Positions 7,855 to 16,924 of a DNA stretch of 64,000 nucleotides are shown piece after piece. The stretch comes from Deltaproteobacteria bacterium (GTDB taxonomy: Bacteria > Chloroflexota > Dehalococcoidia > Dehalococcoidales > BS750m-G39): NCBI GenBank assembly GCA_030603275.1, contig JAUVYB010000006.1:5205-69204 (forward strand), in the 5' to 3' direction. Under the pieces are notes generated by a model that was given only the letters and a program-made list of their open reading frames with translations, had not been told where the DNA came from and searched no databases. The position numbers were made by a program, and so were the translations under genes. The stretch's first letter is position 1. Each line of letters opens with the position of its first letter.

Positions 7855-10800
7855 TTATTGAGTGGTTACCAGAGGTGTGTTCTCGGCTATATTGATGAAA
7901 ACCTCGACCAGAGCTGCGTCAAACTGCTTGCCGGCACCAGCTTTAAGCTCCTCCAGTGCCTCTTCCAGAGAGAGGGCGTCGCGGTAAGGCCTGGCTGAAA
8001 TCATGGCGGCAAAGGCATCAACCACGCGCAGTATGCGGGCATCCAGCGGTATGGCATTAGCCTTTAGCCCCAGCAGATAACCGGTGCCGTCATAGTTCTC
8101 ATGATGGTACAGGATTCCCGGCATACAGGCCGATAGCTGAGGAATATGACTGACAATATCTGCCCCCATCTGAGGGTGATATTTAATCATCTCCCACTCC
8201 TCGGCACTGAGCTTGCTGGCTTTATTGAGTATCTCATCGCTGATGCCCAGTTTGCCGATATCATGGAGCAGGGCGCAAACGCTTAAGCGGGCTATATCCG
8301 CCGGCTCCATGTCAAGGCCTTTGGATAGGATGACAGCAAAATCCTTTACCCTCTGCGAGTGGTCATGGGCGTAATGGTCTTTAGCATCCACCGCCGCCGC
8401 CAGGGCATGGATGATACTGAAGGCACCCTTGTCCTGCTGAAGCTCAAGCTTGGCCGGCGGCTCCGATAAAGGCGATAAAATCTCCAAAACCGCCTGGCTC
8501 TGATTGCCGCCTCTCTGCTTGGCATAATAAAGCGCCTTATCCGCAGCGCTTATAACCTCGCTTATGGCTATCCCATCTACAGGCCAGCTGGCTAAACCAA
8601 GACTGGCTGTCATTGAAACACCGCCGGTTTTAATCTCCGAAGTAATGCGGTAGCGAACTCGCTCGGCTACCTCGTGCGCATCCTTTATGCTGGTCTGTGG
8701 CAACAGAATGGCAAACTCGTCGCCGCCATAACGGAAAGCCTCATCAGCATCCCTTACTGCTCCTTTCAGAACTAAGCCCAGTTGCTTGAGGAGGCGGTCA
8801 CCCTCAAGATGGCCGTAGGTGTCATTGAAGGCTTTAAAGGAGTCAAGGTCCAGAATAACCAGCGAGAAGGCACCACCGTAGCGAGAGTGGCGGCCGATCT
8901 CAACCTGAATCCGCTCCATGAGATGGCGGCGGTTCCACAAGCCGGTAAGCTCATCGATGCGCGCCCTCTGCTCAGCCTGGGCATAGAGCCGGGCGTTTTC
9001 AATGGACATGGCAATCCGGGAAGCCAGCTGGGAAAGAAGCTGTACCTGGCTCTGACTGTAGGCGTTGGGGCGGCGGCTGGCTATACACATGCTGCCAATA
9101 GCCTCAGCACCCACCATCAAGGGTAGAAATACCAGCGACTGCACCCCCTGCTTGATGTGGTATTTGCCCGTCCAGAATCGGCTTTCTTCAGGCAGGTTGG
9201 GCTCCACCAGAGGCACTTTATTTGTTACTACCCATTCTGTAGCTGTGTCTTTAAGCGGCAGCTTGTCTCCTGTTTGCCATGCCGAGCCTATCTCGGAAGT
9301 TATGGCTAGAAGGTTAAGCTCCTCACCTTCTACCAGGGTAAGCGCCGCCCAGTCAACATCGAGTGCCTTCCTCAGTTCCTTGATAAAGCTATCATATATC
9401 TGTCGGATGTCCAGGCTGGAAGTCATAATTGCCGCCAGATGGCCAATAAGGGCTAGCTCCTCCTCCCGCTGCCTGGCTTCCTCGTAGAGGTAGCTTCTCT
9501 CCAGACTCACCGCTACCCGGCTGGCAACCTCTTCCAGCAAACTGATGTCTTCCAGCAAATACCTGCCCGACTGCTTGCCGCTCAATACCAGAATGCTTAT
9601 CAGTTTATCCCGGCTTATTACCGGCAGAAACAGCTCTATATCGGCGGCGGTAATCGTCTCCTTTTCCTGCTCCCACAGGCTGCGGAATTCAGGCAGTATG
9701 TCTAAATTCTGGATGGTTAGCATACGGCGCTGCTGGCTTAAATACTGGACAACAGGGTTGTCCTGCCTCAGCCTTAAGTTCGATAGGGGGTTAGCTTCTC
9801 CTCGAGGCTCAACAAATTGGGGGACGAAGTCTCCGCTTCCGCCTTCAGGGAAAAGCAAACATGCCCCCCGGCAGTTTATCGCCCTGATTACCAGCGGTAA
9901 CATCTCGCCGCCCAGCTCCTTGAGGTTAAAAACGTCCTGTATCCTGTCGGCAAATTCCGAAAGTTTCTGCCGGTAATCATAGGTCTTCCAATAGAAGATC
10001 TGGTCTATTTTTTGCTGGAAAACGCCTCGCGTCAGGTAAATGAGAAGGACGGCTACGGCTGCCGCTATTAGTCCTGTAACCTCAACGATGGGGCTCAGCT
10101 CGAAACCAAGCCATAAATGAACCAGGAAGAATAAAAGCAGATAGGTACCGACACCGGCAATAACCAGCGTCCCCCAGCCTAACACCCGGCGTAAAACCAA
10201 TCTGATATCTACTAGTTGATGCCTGATAATGGCATAACTGAGAATGAAGGCAACCAGAATATTGCCGAAATGGCTGATGGGGAACTCCCTCCCCCAGGGG
10301 ATAAGGGCAGCCGAAATAAAGATAACCAGGACGAAGATGCTGATAAGCAGGGAAACGATTTGATTGTACTGCATCGGGTTGTCTAAAACCTTAAGCCTCT
10401 TCCAGAAAACGTATATATTCCTGGCCCCCAGGACCATGAGGGGAATAGCCATGAAGACTATCCCAAGGCCATATTCAGGGTAAACTTTATCATTAATGAC
10501 AGTTACGCCTTCGGGAAGACGACCCAGCGCAGCTAGAACGACAACCACCGCCAGTGAAGCCCAAGCAAAGGGGAGCCAGCGCCCCTGACGCGGGCCGTAG
10601 AAAGAAGACATAAAGCAGTGGAGCTGCACCGCCATCCACATGAGTGCAACGATAATAACTGCAAATAAAAGGAGATTATATTCCGGAAAGAAGTTGCTAC
10701 GGAAAAAATAGTCGGCTAAGCTCCACATCATGGCGGCGACTAGAAAGAGGGTGAAGAGCCGGTGCTGCCTCTGCCACGGCCGGCTGCCAATGGTAATAAT

Positions 10801-10857
10801 CAGCAGCGGAATATAGGCAGCTATAGCAACTAACGGAAATAGCGCATAGATATTCAT
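7855..10857 (-). CDS. multi-pass membrane GAF-GAF-GGDEF-HD-GYP signalling protein
   Basis: 1000 aa. About 8 hydrophobic segments in the first ~280 aa. The GGDEF domain has an intact RYGGDEF and an RDAD I-site 5 aa upstream. The C-terminal HD-GYP-type domain carries LLHDIGK and HHENYDGTGYL (GYP changed to GYL). Confidence 0.9.
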   Translation of the reverse strand: MNIYALFPLVAIAAYIPLLIITIGSRPWQRQHRLFTLFLVAAMMWSLADYFFRSNFFPEYNLLLFAVIIVALMWMAVQLHCFMSSFYGPRQGRWLPFAWASLAVVVVLAALGRLPEGVTVINDKVYPEYGLGIVFMAIPLMVLGARNIYVFWKRLKVLDNPMQYNQIVSLLISIFVLVIFISAALIPWGREFPISHFGNILVAFILSYAIIRHQLVDIRLVLRRVLGWGTLVIAGVGTYLLLFFLVHLWLGFELSPIVEVTGLIAAAVAVLLIYLTRGVFQQKIDQIFYWKTYDYRQKLSEFADRIQDVFNLKELGGEMLPLVIRAINCRGACLLFPEGGSGDFVPQFVEPRGEANPLSNLRLRQDNPVVQYLSQQRRMLTIQNLDILPEFRSLWEQEKETITAADIELFLPVISRDKLISILVLSGKQSGRYLLEDISLLEEVASRVAVSLERSYLYEEARQREEELALIGHLAAIMTSSLDIRQIYDSFIKELRKALDVDWAALTLVEGEELNLLAITSEIGSAWQTGDKLPLKDTATEWVVTNKVPLVEPNLPEESRFWTGKYHIKQGVQSLVFLPLMVGAEAIGSMCIASRRPNAYSQSQVQLLSQLASRIAMSIENARLYAQAEQRARIDELTGLWNRRHLMERIQVEIGRHSRYGGAFSLVILDLDSFKAFNDTYGHLEGDRLLKQLGLVLKGAVRDADEAFRYGGDEFAILLPQTSIKDAHEVAERVRYRITSEIKTGGVSMTASLGLASWPVDGIAISEVISAADKALYYAKQRGGNQSQAVLEILSPLSEPPAKLELQQDKGAFSIIHALAAAVDAKDHYAHDHSQRVKDFAVILSKGLDMEPADIARLSVCALLHDIGKLGISDEILNKASKLSAEEWEMIKYHPQMGADIVSHIPQLSACMPGILYHHENYDGTGYLLGLKANAIPLDARILRVVDAFAAMISARPYRDALSLEEALEELKAGAGKQFDAALVEVFINIAENTPLVTTQ

Positions 10858-10937
10858 ATATGGGTAATTATTACCTCAAATAGGCAAACTGTCAAGCGAA
10901 GCTAAAGTAAGCAGACTAAAGTATGGGGACTAAAATA

Positions 10938-12572
10938 CTAGCCGACGGCCAGCGCCTCAGCTTCCGGCCTGCCTAGCAGGAACGAGAGAACCTTGTCTGA
11001 GGGGTTGACGTGGGGCGGCTTGAGGTGGGCCAGGTCAGCCCCTTCCGCCTGCCTCTGGACAGTGTAGCCGGCGAAGGCTCCGCGAGGCAGCAGGGTAATC
11101 TTTACCTTGAAATTAATCATGTCCGCTAAATCGTCGTGAACCTGAGAAGTGGAGTAGGTATCCTTGTCCGCTTTCATTATCTGTTCATGTACCGCCGCGG
11201 CAATATCGGCTGCGCTGGTCAGGGAGTCACCTTTGAGTTCAATCAAGAGATTCAGCACCGGCTTTCCCGGCTCCTTATAAGCTGTCCAGTCCTCATAAGG
11301 GATACCGGTGTTCTCTATCGCCTGCCAGATTATCTTCTCCGTCAGCCGGATGACCACGAAGTCGATAAGGTCGTCCGCCCGCCTCTCGAAGACCATCTGG
11401 GGGGTGTTAATGCCCAGTTTCTCATTCCCTAACGAGGTTATCTTAACCATATCCCCAATTCTGTACCTGACCAGGGCACCACCATGGAAGTTGGTGATAA
11501 CTATCTCGTAATTCTCTCCGGCCTTTACCTCGTCAAGCAAAAGGGTCTTGGGCTGGTAGCTGTGGTCCAGCTTCAACTTGAAGTGTTCCTCTTCCGGGAT
11601 GAATTCCAGGAAGTTAAGATTGGGGATGAAGGTCATACCCTCACTGTCCCAGGTCTGGGTAGCGATAAAACCACCTTCAGTACTGCTATAAACATCAAGC
11701 GGATAACGCCCCCAGAGCTCCTTTATTCTATCCCGGTAAACCCAGCTATCAAGACCGCTGCTTATGATTCCCCTCATCGACCACAGGTCTCTGGGCAACA
11801 TCGGGCGCCGGGCTAATTTGCTCCTGGCCAGTCCCTTGGTCAGGCGAAACAGCGCCCTGGGCTGGGAGAGCAAAGGACGAATATTTACCCTCTTCGAGGA
11901 CTGGCTGAACTTATCCCCAACCGTCACCAGAACCATAGACAGGCCAAAGAAGTAATCGAACCCCTGAGATAGGGCCTGCTTGAAACCAAGCCTTACCCTG
12001 CCTTCGAAGGACAGCCTTTCCGCTACTCCTATGGGCGGTAGATAATCTGCCGGCGTCTGTTGCCCCAGCATAGTGGCCATAGCGCCCGACACATAGGGGC
12101 GGGGGGCTACCGAGTAGACAATCCTGGGACGCTGGGGAAATGAGGACGTTTCTCCCCATTTCCTGGAACTGGAGAGCATACCAATACCGCACATTATCAC
12201 GCTCATTTCATTAGCGTAGGCCGGGGTTACCGGCACCCATTTGCAGGGGTATTCGCCCGACCTGCCCGAGGTGTGTACCCATAAAGCCGGCTCTACCGGC
12301 AGTGTGTCCTCTCTCTTCTCCAAAAGCTCGGGGCAGTAATCAGCGTAAGTGGTTAGCGGCACCCGCCGCCTGAATTCCTCCACCGTTTCCGGCCTGGGAC
12401 CGTTCAAGAGCTTCTTGCCCAGAGCCGAGCGGCTGAGCAGCCTTATCTGCTCCAGCAGCAGCCGCTTCTGGATGGTCATAAACTGTTCCAGGCTGAGGTT
12501 GAGAAAGCCACAGCACATCTGCCACATCTCTTCATTTCTGCGCTTTTTTAAAAGCTCAGCTACCTTGGGCAT
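10938..12572 (-). CDS. GH3-family (acyl-acid amido synthetase-like, adenylate-forming) protein
   Basis: 544 aa. The N-terminal region (EEFRRRVPLTTYADYCPELL ... WVHTSGRSG) and the overall length match bacterial GH3 auxin-responsive-promoter family proteins. Assignment by resemblance. Confidence 0.75.
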   Translation of the reverse strand: MPKVAELLKKRRNEEMWQMCCGFLNLSLEQFMTIQKRLLLEQIRLLSRSALGKKLLNGPRPETVEEFRRRVPLTTYADYCPELLEKREDTLPVEPALWVHTSGRSGEYPCKWVPVTPAYANEMSVIMCGIGMLSSSRKWGETSSFPQRPRIVYSVAPRPYVSGAMATMLGQQTPADYLPPIGVAERLSFEGRVRLGFKQALSQGFDYFFGLSMVLVTVGDKFSQSSKRVNIRPLLSQPRALFRLTKGLARSKLARRPMLPRDLWSMRGIISSGLDSWVYRDRIKELWGRYPLDVYSSTEGGFIATQTWDSEGMTFIPNLNFLEFIPEEEHFKLKLDHSYQPKTLLLDEVKAGENYEIVITNFHGGALVRYRIGDMVKITSLGNEKLGINTPQMVFERRADDLIDFVVIRLTEKIIWQAIENTGIPYEDWTAYKEPGKPVLNLLIELKGDSLTSAADIAAAVHEQIMKADKDTYSTSQVHDDLADMINFKVKITLLPRGAFAGYTVQRQAEGADLAHLKPPHVNPSDKVLSFLLGRPEAEALAVG

Positions 12573-12650
12573 ATCACCATTCCTAAAGCTAATAAGCTGG
12601 CCCGAAAAACTATGTTATGTCTCATTATAACTATAGGAAGTTATTACCTA

Positions 12651-12667
12651 CTAGAACATAGTTCTAG
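12651..12667. promoter_or_regulatory. perfect 7-3-7 palindrome CTAGAAC-ATA-GTTCTAG, candidate operator
   Basis: Lies in the 187-bp divergent region between the GH3 gene (start 12572, minus) and HTH-fabF (start 12760, plus). It overlaps a possible -10 hexamer, TAGAAT (12665-12670). Confidence 0.4.
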
Positions 12668-12759
12668 AATATAAAAGCTTGCCAAAAAACAGCCTATTAT
12701 GTTAAAACTAACCCGATTACAGCCAACTAAAACAGGATATAGAAGGGTAAAGCTAAACC

Positions 12760-12963
12760 ATGATATTCCAAGCTGAAACTAATAATAGCTTACTAACCCC
12801 GGAACAGGTGGCTGGAATCCTCCAGGTACATATTCTAACCATATACGGCTACATACGGGAGGGAAAGCTAGACGCTATACGTCTGGGTCGTAGCTACCGC
12901 ATCACTCACCAGGACCTTGAGCAATTCATCGAATCAAACCGTATCAACAATAACAAGCGATAG
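12760..12963 (+). CDS. excisionase/MerR-superfamily helix-turn-helix DNA-binding protein
   Basis: 67 aa. LLTPEQVAGILQVHILTIYGYIREGKLDAIRLGRSYRI is the excisionase-family HTH pattern. It lies 15 nt upstream of fabF. Confidence 0.8.
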   Translation: MIFQAETNNSLLTPEQVAGILQVHILTIYGYIREGKLDAIRLGRSYRITHQDLEQFIESNRINNNKR

Positions 12964-12978
12964 AAGGGAACAGCGTAG

Positions 12979-14229
12979 ATGCTTAAGAACAATCAGAGGA
13001 TAGTAGTTACCGGTATGGGGGCTATCAGCGCAGTGGGGCTTAACGTTGCCGAGACATGGGAAGCCCTCATCAGCGGGAAATCGGGGATTGATTATATCAG
13101 CCGCTTTGACCCGACACCTTTTGAAACCAAGTTTGCCGCTGAAGTCAAGGGGTTTGACCCCTTGACTTACGTAAGCCGCAAGGAAGTGCACCGCATGGAC
13201 CGGTTTACCCAGATGGCAGTCGCCGCCAGTCTACAGGCGGTGAACGGGGCAGGGCTGAAGATAGATAATAGCAATGCCGAGGATACCGGCGTTTTTATCG
13301 GCAACAGCGTCTGCGGCCTGCTCGAGGTCTCCGACCAGTTTAAGATACTGAATGAAGCCGGACCGAGAAGGATAAGCCCCATTCTGGCGCCTACCATGAC
13401 CGGTGATGCACCTCCGGTGCAGATTTCATTGTTACTGGGCACCAAGGGGCCAAATTTCTCTCTGTCATCGGCCTGCTCCAGCAGCAGTGATGCCATCGGC
13501 CATGCCTACGATGCCATTAAATACGGAGAGGCCAAGATAATAATCGCCGGCGGCACCGAGGCACCGGTAATACCTATCGTTGTCGCCGCCTTTAACGCCG
13601 CCCGCGCTTTATCAACCAAGAACAGCTCGCCCCAAAATGCCTGCCAGCCTTTTGATGCCGAACGCGATGGCTTCGTCCTGGGCGAGGGTGCCGCCACTGT
13701 TGTACTTGAGAGGCTTGACTACGCCCTTGAGCGCGGCGCCCCTATACTGGCTGAAATGTTAGCCTACAGCGCTACCAGCGACGCCTTTCACATCACCCAG
13801 CCTTCACCCAACGGCGCGGGCGCCGCCAAAGCGCTGGGTATAGCCCTGAAGAAGGCGGGAATCAGGCCTGATGAGGTTGACCACATCAATGCCCACGGCA
13901 CGGCTACCCAGCTTAACGATACCGCCGAAACCCACGCTATCAAGAGCGTATTTAGCGAACTGGCCTACCGTATACCGGCCTCAGCCAGCAAGTCAATGAC
14001 CGGACACCTGCTGGGGGCATCGGGGGCTCTTGAGGCAGTAATCTCTATCATGACCATAAACCACGGGATTATACCACCAACCATAAACCTCAATAACCCC
14101 GACCCTGAATGCGACCTGGACTATGTACCCAATAAGGCGCGCAAGGCCAAGGTGAACACGGTGGTATCAAATTCCTTCGGCTTTGGCGGACATAATTCGG
14201 TGCTTGTTTTCCGCCGGTATTCGGAGTAA
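12979..14229 (+). CDS. fabF: 3-oxoacyl-ACP synthase II
   Basis: 416 aa. Contains the active-site Cys context SSACSSS, the two His motifs (NAHGTAT, SMTGHLLGA) and the C-terminal SNSFGFGGHN. Confidence 0.95.
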   Translation: MLKNNQRIVVTGMGAISAVGLNVAETWEALISGKSGIDYISRFDPTPFETKFAAEVKGFDPLTYVSRKEVHRMDRFTQMAVAASLQAVNGAGLKIDNSNAEDTGVFIGNSVCGLLEVSDQFKILNEAGPRRISPILAPTMTGDAPPVQISLLLGTKGPNFSLSSACSSSSDAIGHAYDAIKYGEAKIIIAGGTEAPVIPIVVAAFNAARALSTKNSSPQNACQPFDAERDGFVLGEGAATVVLERLDYALERGAPILAEMLAYSATSDAFHITQPSPNGAGAAKALGIALKKAGIRPDEVDHINAHGTATQLNDTAETHAIKSVFSELAYRIPASASKSMTGHLLGASGALEAVISIMTINHGIIPPTINLNNPDPECDLDYVPNKARKAKVNTVVSNSFGFGGHNSVLVFRRYSE

Positions 14230-14288
14230 TTGCCTCCTGTGATGGGTATCGGTTTGGAGCGCTTAAACCCCCCAGGGGAGGGGCTTAA

Positions 14289-14621
14289 TCAGGATTCCTT
14301 GGTTTTGCTGTTAACCAGAGCCTGTAGCTTCTGGCTTAGCTCGTTGAAGTTCTTATCTGAGTGCTTGCCGACTTCCAGTCCATAGCTCATGAAAAACTCC
14401 AGGAAAGTGCGCAGTAGCTCCTTAACTCCCTGCAGAGACTGGTGAAGTTCTTCCTTGGTCACATAGTTTTGCTTTCCTGTATCTCCCTTATATTCTTTAT
14501 CTTCTGAGAGCTGACCCTCAATGAGGAAGTTAATAAATTCGGAACGGCTCATCTCACCACGGCTTTCATCAACCTTCCTGGCTACCCCAGCATCAACTAT
14601 TAGCATCCTTTTCTCGGCCAT
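14289..14621 (-). CDS. hypothetical protein with CopG/ribbon-helix-helix-like N-terminus
   Basis: 110 aa. RMLIVDAGVARKVDESRGEMSRSEFINFLIE looks like a strand-helix-helix unit. The gene is AT-rich relative to its neighbours. Confidence 0.45.
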   Translation of the reverse strand: MAEKRMLIVDAGVARKVDESRGEMSRSEFINFLIEGQLSEDKEYKGDTGKQNYVTKEELHQSLQGVKELLRTFLEFFMSYGLEVGKHSDKNFNELSQKLQALVNSKTKES

Positions 14622-14661
14622 GTGAGACTCCCCTTACAATTCTTATAAATACAATTTCTGA

Positions 14662-14708
14662 TAAAAAAGAAGGGTAACCTATCGCCTCCGGCGACCTCGG
14701 GTTACCCT
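14662..14708 (-). terminator. Rho-independent terminator of the winged-helix gene
   Basis: AGGGTAACC (14671-14679) pairs with GGTTACCCT (14700-14708). An inner hairpin forms from TCGCC/GGCGA. On the minus strand the stem is followed by T6 (A-run 14663-14668 on plus), 20 nt after the stop at 14729. Confidence 0.65.
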
Positions 14709-14728
14709 ACAAAAGCAGGTCTGAACCA

Positions 14729-15022
14729 TCAGAAATCGATACCCTCTTCCAACCCAAGCATTTCCATTATGTCGTCAATGTTTTTGAGTAGCTTATTGCC
14801 TTTATCAGTCACGTGGTACTTTATTGAGGGATTGCCTACCTGTATCTTGTTAATTAAGTCCTGGTCCATCAGAAAGGCAAGGTACTTCTGTATCTGAGCA
14901 TAGCTCATATTAGCGCTGTACATAATCTCGGTCTTACCCGCACCATTGCCATTATTCCCCACCCGCAACATGTCGGCTATTATCTCAATATTTGACCTTC
15001 TTATGTTAAGCATCCATACCAC
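14729..15022 (-). CDS. small winged-helix DNA-binding protein (archaeal-type)
   Basis: 97 aa. KTEIMYSANMSYAQIQKYLAFLMDQDLINK...YHVTDKGNKLL matches a wHTH layout. The gene is AT-rich (22/60 GC at 14761-14820). Confidence 0.55.
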   Translation of the reverse strand: MVWMLNIRRSNIEIIADMLRVGNNGNGAGKTEIMYSANMSYAQIQKYLAFLMDQDLINKIQVGNPSIKYHVTDKGNKLLKNIDDIMEMLGLEEGIDF

Positions 15023-15140
15023 CCCCCAGTCAGTACTTACTGCGTGGGAGGATTGTACAACTAAGTATAAGATATGTCAAGTGGTCAGGGGTAAAAAGGC
15101 GATTTTATTTAGGCGCAGCCTCAAATATGGGGATTGCCCA

Positions 15141-15332
15141 GCTTTTAGAGGGTGTTCCTCTTCCCACCCAACCCACCCTCAAAGGCAATACCTCTAAAAC
15201 TCCCTTAAAAAGTGGGGTGGGGTAAAAAGGGCTTTAGCCCTTCCTTAAGGGTGGTGGGTGGGAAAAGATATAAAAAGGGGCGGGGCAGAAAGTGTTTTAG
15301 AGGCGAAGCCTATAAAGGCGGGAGGGTGGGAC
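15141..15332. repeat. C-run/G-run inverted-repeat element (family A), copy 1
   Basis: Left arm: GCTTTTAGAGGGTGTTCCTCTTCCCACCCAACCCACCCTC (15141-15180). G-rich right arms: GGGTGGTGGGTGGG (15249-15262), and the AGGCGAAGCCT hairpin followed by GGCGGGAGGGTGGG (15317-15330). Confidence 0.75.
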
Positions 15333-15344
15333 GCAATACGTAGG

Positions 15345-16151
15345 CTATAAAGCGCCCATATACCAGCTGAGAATGTCGCTGCCCCACAGCAGGGTGACTA
15401 TAGCCGTCACCGCCAGGAAGGGGCCGAAGGGCATAGCTTCCTTGCGTTTTTTAATCTTAAAGCCGAGCAGGATAACGGCTACCAGACCGCCCAGAATCAT
15501 GCCCATGATTAAGGCAACGATTACCAGCGGGAAGCCGGTAGCCAGACCGATTAACGCCGCCAGCTTTACATCGCCAAAGCCCATTCCACCACGGGAAACG
15601 ATAACTATCAAAAAAAAGACGACAAAACCAATGCCACCGCCGATGGCAGCTTGTGCGATGTGGGGTACAATCCCTACTTGGGGTAAGAAGATGGTGAAGA
15701 AGACACTGAGGAGTAAGGATACCACCAGAGCGGGATAAACTATTTTATTGAGGATAAGCCCGTGCTCCAGGTCAATGACCAGAATCACCATGAAGAGAGA
15801 GATGTAGAAGAGGACAATGGGAAGCTCAATGCCCAAGCCGTATTGCCAGTAGGCCAGGCCGAACAGCGCCGCCGTGGCTATTTCCACCCACAGCACCCGC
15901 TTAGGTATGGGAGCTCTACAGTAGCAGCAGCGGCCGCGCAGCCACAGGTAGCTGAATACCGGTATGAGGTCCTTTACCGCCAGGCGCCGTGAGCAGGCAG
16001 GGCAGTGAGAGGGGGGATAGGCCAGCGACTGATTTGCCGGCAAACGGTCACAGCAGACATTGAGGAAGCTGGCTATTATCATCCCCAGCAAGACGAACAT
16101 AGCGGCAAAACCGGCTTCCATATTAGCATCTATTTTGCACCCTGCGGCCAA
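15345..16151 (-). CDS. pilD: prepilin peptidase / N-methyltransferase
   Basis: 268 aa. The N-terminal Cys-rich motif reads CPACSRRL...CCYCRAPI. There are multiple TM segments and the conserved GFGDVKL Asp motif. The true start may be the internal Met at 16121. Confidence 0.9.
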   Translation of the reverse strand: MAAGCKIDANMEAGFAAMFVLLGMIIASFLNVCCDRLPANQSLAYPPSHCPACSRRLAVKDLIPVFSYLWLRGRCCYCRAPIPKRVLWVEIATAALFGLAYWQYGLGIELPIVLFYISLFMVILVIDLEHGLILNKIVYPALVVSLLLSVFFTIFLPQVGIVPHIAQAAIGGGIGFVVFFLIVIVSRGGMGFGDVKLAALIGLATGFPLVIVALIMGMILGGLVAVILLGFKIKKRKEAMPFGPFLAVTAIVTLLWGSDILSWYMGAL

Positions 16152-16231
16152 GCAAAGTCAATACTAACCTCGCCAGAGCCAGCCATATAGCCCAAAGGTA
16201 CTAGCCCAATACGGCTATGACCAAATTTCTA

Positions 16232-16260
16232 TTGACCGTCCGATACCCATCCCATATTAT
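16232..16260 (+). promoter_or_regulatory. sigma70-type promoter for the pilin gene
   Basis: TTGACC (16232-16237), 17 nt, TATTAT (16255-16260). The ~62-nt leader ends in AGGAGG (16315-16320), 9 nt before the ATG at 16330. Confidence 0.55.
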
Positions 16261-16329
16261 TAAATTACTTAAACATACCAGAGCTTGTCTAACTTAAGCC
16301 CAAATAACCAAGAAAGGAGGTAAAAAGAA

Positions 16330-16719
16330 ATGAAGAGGTTTATGAAAAGGTTACACCGAGGAGAGAAAGGCTTCACCCTGATCGAGCTGCTTATCGTGAT
16401 TGCCATCCTGGGCATTATCGCCGCCATAGTCGTCCCTAACGTGGCCGGCTTTATGATCAGCGGCAGCCTGAACGCGGCCAACACCGAGGTGCAGAACGTG
16501 AAGACCGCCGCCGTGGGCTATCTGGCGGAGTACGGGGAATGGCCCGCCACTTCAACCCCGTTGGAGGGTGTCTATTTAGAGGGTGCCCCTAAAGTAACGT
16601 ACACTTTCTCTGCTGTCGCAGGGGAAGGGGGACGGATAGCGAGTGCTGACCCGATTGACTGGGACGGCGCCGGCCTCCAGTGGAACGCTACTGACCAGAT
16701 ATGGGAGAGAATTCCATAA
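16330..16719 (+). CDS. type IV pilin (prepilin with class III signal peptide)
   Basis: 129 aa. MKRFMKRLHRGEKG|FTLIELLIVIAILGIIAAIVVPN has the canonical G|F cleavage site with Glu+5. The mature part has no cysteine. Confidence 0.9.
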   Translation: MKRFMKRLHRGEKGFTLIELLIVIAILGIIAAIVVPNVAGFMISGSLNAANTEVQNVKTAAVGYLAEYGEWPATSTPLEGVYLEGAPKVTYTFSAVAGEGGRIASADPIDWDGAGLQWNATDQIWERIP

Positions 16720-16871
16720 TCAGTCCTTAGTCTGAAGCTTCAGATTAAGTAAGTTAATCTGGAAGGGCTTATCGGTGGGGTTATCTTATTTGGGCTTTAA
16801 CCCCGCCGGTAGGCTTTTTCTATTTACCTGGGTGGCAGGTTAAGGCAAAGAACGCCAGTGAGTTATTTTAG

Positions 16872-16900
16872 GAGGGGCTGTAACGCCCCTCTTTTATTTT
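16872..16900 (+). terminator. Rho-independent terminator downstream of the pilin gene
   Basis: GAGGGGC (16872-16878), loop TGTAAC, GCCCCTC (16885-16891), then TTTTATTTT (16892-16900). A weaker candidate hairpin with a T5 run lies at 16773-16819. Confidence 0.7.
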
Positions 16901-16924
16901 GCCCCCGGCTTAAACACTTACCCG

